Shown: piece by piece, positions 58,585-64,000 of the stretch
How the letters are laid out: each line of letters begins with the position of its first letter
Numbering within the stretch: the first letter of the stretch is position 1
Source: an uncultured Olsenella sp.
Lineage (GTDB): Bacteria; Actinomycetota; Coriobacteriia; Coriobacteriales; Atopobiaceae
Reading direction: 5' to 3'
DNA length: 64,000 nucleotides
Assembly (NCBI GenBank): GCA_949287905.1
Contig: CASEHX010000009.1
Location: 23,365 to 87,364 of the forward strand
Made by a program: the position numbers and the translations under genes
The notes under the pieces: generated by a model
Seen by the model: only the letters and a program-made list of their open reading frames with translations
Database searches by the model: none
Told to the model about the DNA's origin: nothing

Positions 58585-58781
58585 GAGGCAGTAAATCGGC
58601 CTCCCGCTGTCACTTTGGGGCTCGTTTGTGCGACTAAAAATGCGATTGCTCGACGAGAGTATAAAAGCCAAAACCGCTATCTGGGAAAACGTCTTCTCGG
58701 CTGACGCTCAGAAGCTCTCGATTTCGTTCCGTCCACACAAACGAGCCCCAAAGTGACAGCAGAAGGCCGATTTACTGCCTC
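58585..58781. mobile_element. MITE-like element (second copy of the 29760 family)
   Basis: GAGGCAGTAAATCGGCC...GGCCGATTTACTGCCTC, imperfect arms of about 47 bp. Confidence 0.72.
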
Positions 58782-58830
58782 AAGCCTTCCGAAGCGGCTC
58801 TCGCCGCTTGATTGCGTTGCCCAAGGTCGT

Positions 58831-59790
58831 CTAGCGCATCACCGACGTGGCGATGTAAGCGGCGTAGAGCACCACGAAGACCACGCCGTTCGCGCGGCTC
58901 ATCTCGTGACGGCGCCCGATGAAGGCAAAGCCCACGAGCACGGCGGAAAAGATCGCGAGCAGCGCAAGGTCCACGTTGTACGCCACATCGTAGGGGATGT
59001 TGGCAAAGAGTGCCGGACCTCCCATGACGAGCAGCAGGTTGGAGATGTTGGAGCCCACGACGTTGCCCACAGCGATGTCGGAGTTGCCGCGGAAGGCGGC
59101 CACCACGCTCGTGACCAGCTCGGGCAGGCACGTTCCGAGCGCCACCACGGTGATGCCGATGATGCGCTCGGAGATGCCCATGGCGCCGGCGATCTCGACG
59201 GAGTTGTCCACCACGAAGTCCGCGCCAAACTTGAGCATCGTGATTCCACCCACGATGAAGAGCAGGTCGCGGAAGGTGTTGGAGGAGACGATGCCGGTGT
59301 CGGGATCCTCCGGTGCGTTCTCCTTCTCCGTCGCGCCCTCGCGCAGACCCACTGCGACGGTCCGCGCCACGAAGGCGAGAAACGCCACGAGCAGGACGAT
59401 TCCCTCGATCAGGGTGACCTGCCCGTCCGTGTTGGCAACGAGCGCAAGCAGGCCACAGGCCGCAACGCTCACGGGGATCTCGAAGCGCTGCGTGCTGCGC
59501 GAGAGCGTGACCGGGGCAATCACCGCCGAGAGACCGAGGATGAGCAGCAGGTTTGCCAGACAGCTACCCACGACGTTGCCAAAGGCCATGTCCGCGTGGC
59601 CGCCCACGGCGGAGGTGACACTGACCACGAGCTCCGGCAGGGAGGTGCCGATGGCCACGATGGTGAGTCCTGCCACGCGTTCGGGCACGCCGAGCCGAGC
59701 GGCGATGCTGCAAGCGCCGTCCACAAGGAAGTTGGCGCCAAAGATGAGCAGGGCAAATCCGAGCACGATGAAAACAAGGCTGAGAAGCAC
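58831..59790 (-). CDS. Ca2+/Na+ antiporter (YrbG-like)
   Basis: Duplicated GT(S/C)LPELV and GNVVGS repeats. Confidence 0.9.
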   Translation of the reverse strand: MLLSLVFIVLGFALLIFGANFLVDGACSIAARLGVPERVAGLTIVAIGTSLPELVVSVTSAVGGHADMAFGNVVGSCLANLLLILGLSAVIAPVTLSRSTQRFEIPVSVAACGLLALVANTDGQVTLIEGIVLLVAFLAFVARTVAVGLREGATEKENAPEDPDTGIVSSNTFRDLLFIVGGITMLKFGADFVVDNSVEIAGAMGISERIIGITVVALGTCLPELVTSVVAAFRGNSDIAVGNVVGSNISNLLLVMGGPALFANIPYDVAYNVDLALLAIFSAVLVGFAFIGRRHEMSRANGVVFVVLYAAYIATSVMR

Positions 59791-59972
59791 GACGGTCCTT
59801 TCCGGATCGGGGATACCACATCTGAGTATTCCATGGCTCGATTTGCCCCAATTCGAGTCGGTGACCGACTCCCAAACGAATCCACAGATGCGCCAACCAT
59901 ACAAACCTCCCCGTATTCAGACCTGAGCACCCTGAAACCGGTGGGTTTGTGTGGTTGGCAAAAACTAGGGGG

Positions 59973-62900
59973 CTACTTCTCCCGGCTGATGATGATCGCC
60001 CCGCCGAGTAGCGCCAGGCCAAATATCAGGCTGGCGAGAAGGGCGCTCAGCTCGCTGGCCGGATCGCCGGTGCTGGGGAGCATGTCCTCGTCTTCTCTGT
60101 CGGCCGTATCAGAAGGCGACTTTCCCTCGTCCGACGGCTGGTCGGAGGTGCCGCTGTGGTCCCGGTCGGGTGTTGGGTCTGGCTCTGGATTGGGCGCGGG
60201 CTCCGGATCAGGCTCCGGCTCCGGATCAGGCGTCGGTTCCGGGTTAGGTTCGGGCGTGGGCTCCGGATCCGGTGTCGGTTCCGGCTCCGGGTCGGGCGTG
60301 GGGTCCACCACGGGAGGCTCGTCCGCGTCATCGGGCAAGACGAGCGCGCCGTTGTTGCCCAGTCGTGCCGAGAGACGCACCGCACCCTCGCCCGTCTCGG
60401 AGAGTGCGAGCTGGTCCACGTACGGCGCGCTGCCCGTGGCGTTGGGGTCCTTCTCGCTCGATCCCAGGGCGACGGGTCGCACATAGCGCGGCGTGCCCGC
60501 GAGCGCCACGCACTGTCCGTCCCGCACGTCAAATCGAAGGGGGATCTCGCTCGCGTCAAGGGCCACCGTGTAGGGCTCCATGCTCTTCTCGACCTCGGCC
60601 GGCGCGTCGTTCTCCGCCGAGGAGACGTCCGCAGTGTAGACGGTCTGCTCAAAGTAGTAGGTCTGGCCGCTCTGGGGAAGCGTCGTGAGCGGGGCGTAGC
60701 CACTCGACGTGCGCGAGAAGAGCGGCGTGTCGCGCGAGAACGCGTAGTAGGAGTTGGTCTGCGCCGCCCAGGCAGACGCCACGGCTCCCGCGGCGGCGTC
60801 GGTGCCCGTGCCGGTGAAGGCGCTCGCAAAGACCGCCCGCGCTCCCGAGGGCACGTGCTGCACGTCCGCGCCGAGCGCCTCCCCAAGCTCCTCGTCGCTC
60901 ACCTCCTCGCCGGCATCGACGCGCTCGAGCACGGCCTCGGTGTCCGGCGTGGGCGAGACAAGATACGCAAAGCGCAGCGGCTTGACGTCCGTATCGCCGT
61001 CAAGCGCCAGCGTGGCCGAGCCATCCTCTGCCACGGTCACGCTCGTGCGGCGCGCGGGAACGGCGTCCACGGGCACCGAGAGCAAAAGCGTCTGTCGCCC
61101 GGTGGTAAGGCTCGTCTCCACCATGACCGCAAAGTCGTAGAGCGTGACGTCGCCGCCGGTGTACTGGTTGGGCAGGTTCCCGATGTAGTAGTACGTCTCG
61201 CAGACGGCGGTGGCGCCCGCGGCCTGCGCGGCCTCGATCTTCTTGCGCACGTCCTCGGGCGCCCGCTCCTGCCAGCGCCCGTCCGCGGCGGCGTCCACCT
61301 CGGCCTGCGTGGCAAAGGCGAAGGGCTCGCCGTCCATCGGGATCATCTCGTGCGCGTCGTTCACGTACCAGGAGGCGTGGTTGGAGAAGGCCCCGGGACC
61401 GGAGTAGGAGAACTGGCCGTCCTGCAAGGCGTCGTAGAAGAGGTCATAGACGGCATACCCGAGGTTATAGCGTGAGTTCATGGCCTCCACGAGGTAGCCG
61501 AACTCGTGCGTGGCCTCCACGTGGCCGGGGTCCTCGAGGCTGATCTTCACGGCCTGTGCGGCCAGCTCTCCGTCGAGCAGCGTGTCCCCGTAGACGATGC
61601 CGCTCACGCGCGCGACCTCCATGCCGGCGCCTATCTCGTCGGACACGGTGACGCGGCTGCCTCCGGGGCGGTCGTCGCCGGGGCCGCCCGACGCCGGCGC
61701 CGTGTAGACCACGCCGAGCGAGCGGTCCACCACGGTGCCAAAGGCCCACGAGAGCGCGGTCGCGCTTCGGGCGGAGAGGTAGTCGTCGACGGGCGTGACC
61801 TCGTAGCCGTCGGCGGCGCTGAGCAGGCCCGGCGCGCAGGGGAAGGTGACGTCCTCGGCCACGAGGCCGCTCGGGCCGGAGCCAAAGAGGTGCAGCGTGA
61901 CGTCCTTCTCGCCCGCCACGGAGGCCTCGGCGAACGTCCGCGCTGCCGTAGAGAGGTTGTCCCGCAGGTCCGTGCCGGCCGCCGCGCCGGTGCCGGGCAG
62001 AGGGTGGTGCGCCTGCTCGTGGGCGGTCTCCAGCAGATAGGCGGCTGTCTCGCTCGTGTCCAGGCCGCAGGTGAAGAACGTGAGCGGCCGCTCGGCGCCC
62101 CATGCGGCGCCCACGCGCGCGGCCTCGTTTCTCATCGTGAGCAGCGTGGCGAGAAGTGCGTCCGTACCGTAGCCGTTCTCTCGGCTTCCCGGCAGCGGGC
62201 CCAGAAAGCCCGTGCCGTCGCCGGTGTAGACGGGCGGGTTCGTGAAGTTGGTGCTCGCCATCGGCGGGGTCTCTCGGCCCATGAGGCAGAGCACGGGGAC
62301 GCGGCCCGCCGAGCCGGGGTCGTCTGCGGCACCCGCCAGCACGTCGCCCGCCACGTGCGTGGCAAGCTGCAGGTAGGACCCGCTGCCGAGGCGCGCTGAG
62401 GCCGTCCTGCCCGCGCCGTCGGTGGCCGTGGCGGTCACGGAGAGCGTGCCGCCGTCGTACGCGAAGTAGTTGCCGTTTCCGTCCGGCTCGTAGGTGCCGA
62501 GCGGCATGAGCGTCGTGACCTTGGAGTCGTAGCCGATCACGGCCACGCGCGTGGGGGCGGCGCCGTCACCGTTTTCCGCCATGAGGCGCGCGACCGCCTG
62601 GTTGAGGGCGTCGACGAGGTAATCCGCCTGAGGCCGGCCGCCGTAGGTGATGTCCTCGAGGAGCCGGTTGGTGCTCACCACGAAGACCACGTCGTGTGCC
62701 GGTCCGCCCTCCTGACGCACGGAGACGGCCGAGGCCAGCGTGGAGAGACCCACGATGAAGCTGTGGTCGTCCGCGTCTATCTTCACGGGCAGGCCGGCGG
62801 CGCGCGCGTCGTCGGCACTGGCATAGACGGACTTGTCGGCCCAGATGCGCCCGGCGTTCTCCGTGGAGACGGTGCCGGAGCCCGTGCCAAAGACCTCCTC

Positions 62901-63041
62901 CCAGCGGGCGGAGGTGTCGGGGTCAACGAGCTTGCTCACCCCGGCGGTTTCCGCGCGCGCGGAGGGCGCGGCGGCCAGCGCAACGACGGCTGCGGCAAAC
63001 AGGGCGAGAAGTGCGTGCGTGAGCGTGCGGCGTCGAGACAT
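59973..63041 (-). CDS. Large sortase-anchored surface protein (vWA-like adhesin)
   Basis: Signal peptide; GRIWADKSV; DVVFVV; Pro/Glu/Asp stalk; LPSTGD plus TM plus basic tail. Confidence 0.82.
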   Translation of the reverse strand: MSRRRTLTHALLALFAAAVVALAAAPSARAETAGVSKLVDPDTSARWEEVFGTGSGTVSTENAGRIWADKSVYASADDARAAGLPVKIDADDHSFIVGLSTLASAVSVRQEGGPAHDVVFVVSTNRLLEDITYGGRPQADYLVDALNQAVARLMAENGDGAAPTRVAVIGYDSKVTTLMPLGTYEPDGNGNYFAYDGGTLSVTATATDGAGRTASARLGSGSYLQLATHVAGDVLAGAADDPGSAGRVPVLCLMGRETPPMASTNFTNPPVYTGDGTGFLGPLPGSRENGYGTDALLATLLTMRNEAARVGAAWGAERPLTFFTCGLDTSETAAYLLETAHEQAHHPLPGTGAAAGTDLRDNLSTAARTFAEASVAGEKDVTLHLFGSGPSGLVAEDVTFPCAPGLLSAADGYEVTPVDDYLSARSATALSWAFGTVVDRSLGVVYTAPASGGPGDDRPGGSRVTVSDEIGAGMEVARVSGIVYGDTLLDGELAAQAVKISLEDPGHVEATHEFGYLVEAMNSRYNLGYAVYDLFYDALQDGQFSYSGPGAFSNHASWYVNDAHEMIPMDGEPFAFATQAEVDAAADGRWQERAPEDVRKKIEAAQAAGATAVCETYYYIGNLPNQYTGGDVTLYDFAVMVETSLTTGRQTLLLSVPVDAVPARRTSVTVAEDGSATLALDGDTDVKPLRFAYLVSPTPDTEAVLERVDAGEEVSDEELGEALGADVQHVPSGARAVFASAFTGTGTDAAAGAVASAWAAQTNSYYAFSRDTPLFSRTSSGYAPLTTLPQSGQTYYFEQTVYTADVSSAENDAPAEVEKSMEPYTVALDASEIPLRFDVRDGQCVALAGTPRYVRPVALGSSEKDPNATGSAPYVDQLALSETGEGAVRLSARLGNNGALVLPDDADEPPVVDPTPDPEPEPTPDPEPTPEPNPEPTPDPEPEPDPEPAPNPEPDPTPDRDHSGTSDQPSDEGKSPSDTADREDEDMLPSTGDPASELSALLASLIFGLALLGGAIIISREK

Positions 63042-63308
63042 GATGCTCCGATTCTGAGACGGGAACGGGAAACAAATGACCCCTGTATACCCGCATTTCT
63101 CGCTTGTCCGCGTACGTTCGACGCGAGTGACACCAAAGCCGCGCATGCCTGACGCCTTGCTGAGCGGCGGCTCGACGCAACCTTGCGGCTGCCGGCCCTT
63201 CTCGCCGTGCCCGGCTCCTTGCCTGGCTCCGCCCGACCCCCTTGCCCGGTCTCTCGCCCGGCCCCCTTGCCCGGCCCCCGCTCTGCCCCCTTGCCCGGCC
63301 CCCGCCCG

Positions 63309-63436
63309 AACTCTGACTTTTGCACGAGCGCATCCGTCCTGCAGATGATTAGAACATACATACTCGCAGGTATAAGCATTGCTCACCTTCGAACCGCTGT
63401 TGAGAAGCCCTTTTCGCTCGTGCAAAAGTCAGAGTT
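63309..63436. mobile_element. MITE-like element with 22-bp perfect arms (41934 family)
   Basis: AACTCTGACTTTTGCACGAGCG / CGCTCGTGCAAAAGTCAGAGTT. Confidence 0.72.
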
Positions 63437-63686
63437 GGCGCAAGGGGGCTGCGTGACGGTGGGTCGGACGGCGGCGGGAGCCGGCGGGCCCGGTGAGCCG
63501 GCCGCATGCTACACTGGTACCAACCACATACCGAGGGCACGGCTCTTGCAGCTGCTACGTCATGTTGAAAACGGCTCCGGTTTGACTCCGGATCAGCACA
63601 CGGCTGTGCCAGGGACGGCGGGGGACGCCCGCTGGCCCCGCCTTGCCCTCCCGACACCCGGACACCCGGGAGGAAGCGAGGCACCC

Positions 63687-64000
63687 ATGTCTCAGAACAA
63701 CGCCAGATCTGCCGAGAAGAGCCTCTTCGTGCGCATCGCTGCCTGCGCGGCGGCGCTCGTGCTCGCGCTGACCGTCGCTGCGTGCGGCGGCGCGCCGGCG
63801 ACGTCCGGCGGCGACAACCCCGCTGACACCGGCCAGGAGCAGCAGGCCACGATCGAGGTCACCGTGGAGATCGACGCGACGGCAGGTGAGGGCGAGAAGA
63901 CCACGGCGGAGGTCGAGCTCCCCGAGGGCGCCACGGCCTACGACGCGCTCGTTGCCGCCGCCGACGACGTCAACGCCTCGGACTCCGAGTACGGCATGTA
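63687..64000 (+). CDS. DUF4430-like lipoprotein, runs off the window end
   Basis: Manual translation MSQNNARS...VAACGG...EGATAYDAL...SEYGM. Confidence 0.7.
   Translation, partial: MSQNNARSAEKSLFVRIAACAAALVLALTVAACGGAPATSGGDNPADTGQEQQATIEVTVEIDATAGEGEKTTAEVELPEGATAYDALVAAADDVNASDSEYGM

Noticed and set aside
60165..60305. Repeat in the surface-protein gene as a DNA element
   Set aside because: Explained by the low-complexity Pro/Glu/Asp stalk
63550..63600. tRNA gene
   Set aside because: Only a T-arm-like hairpin; no convincing D-arm, acceptor stem or CCA

Overview
High-GC actinobacterial chromosomal window; gene content and style suggest Coriobacteriia/Atopobiaceae (inference). It holds about 70 mostly accessory genes: three type II toxin-antitoxin pairs, two YhcG/DUF1016 PD-(D/E)XK genes, ABC importers, a flavodoxin/redox cluster, mgtA, Mef-like, ABC-F and TetM-like genes, and a sortase-anchored surface protein. 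No rRNA, tRNA, CRISPR-cas, transposase or integrase was seen. Most striking: both yhcG genes carry a near-perfect DNA palindrome in the same codon register in the variable segment before the (S/P)W motif. The second yhcG sits behind a LexA-like box and is bracketed by two intergenic arrays holding 8 palindromic variants of that segment with compensatory arm changes, suggesting a cassette or self-recognition system. Other highlights: an MRIR leader-peptide attenuator on the ABC-F gene, a tetR gene broken by a 17-bp tandem duplication, a REP-like palindrome family that supplies stop codons, several MITE-like families sharing a loop motif, a strongly over-represented 9-mer (GGCGAGAAG), and structured leaders before mgtA and a DUF4430-like gene. 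All family assignments are by motif recognition, not database search.
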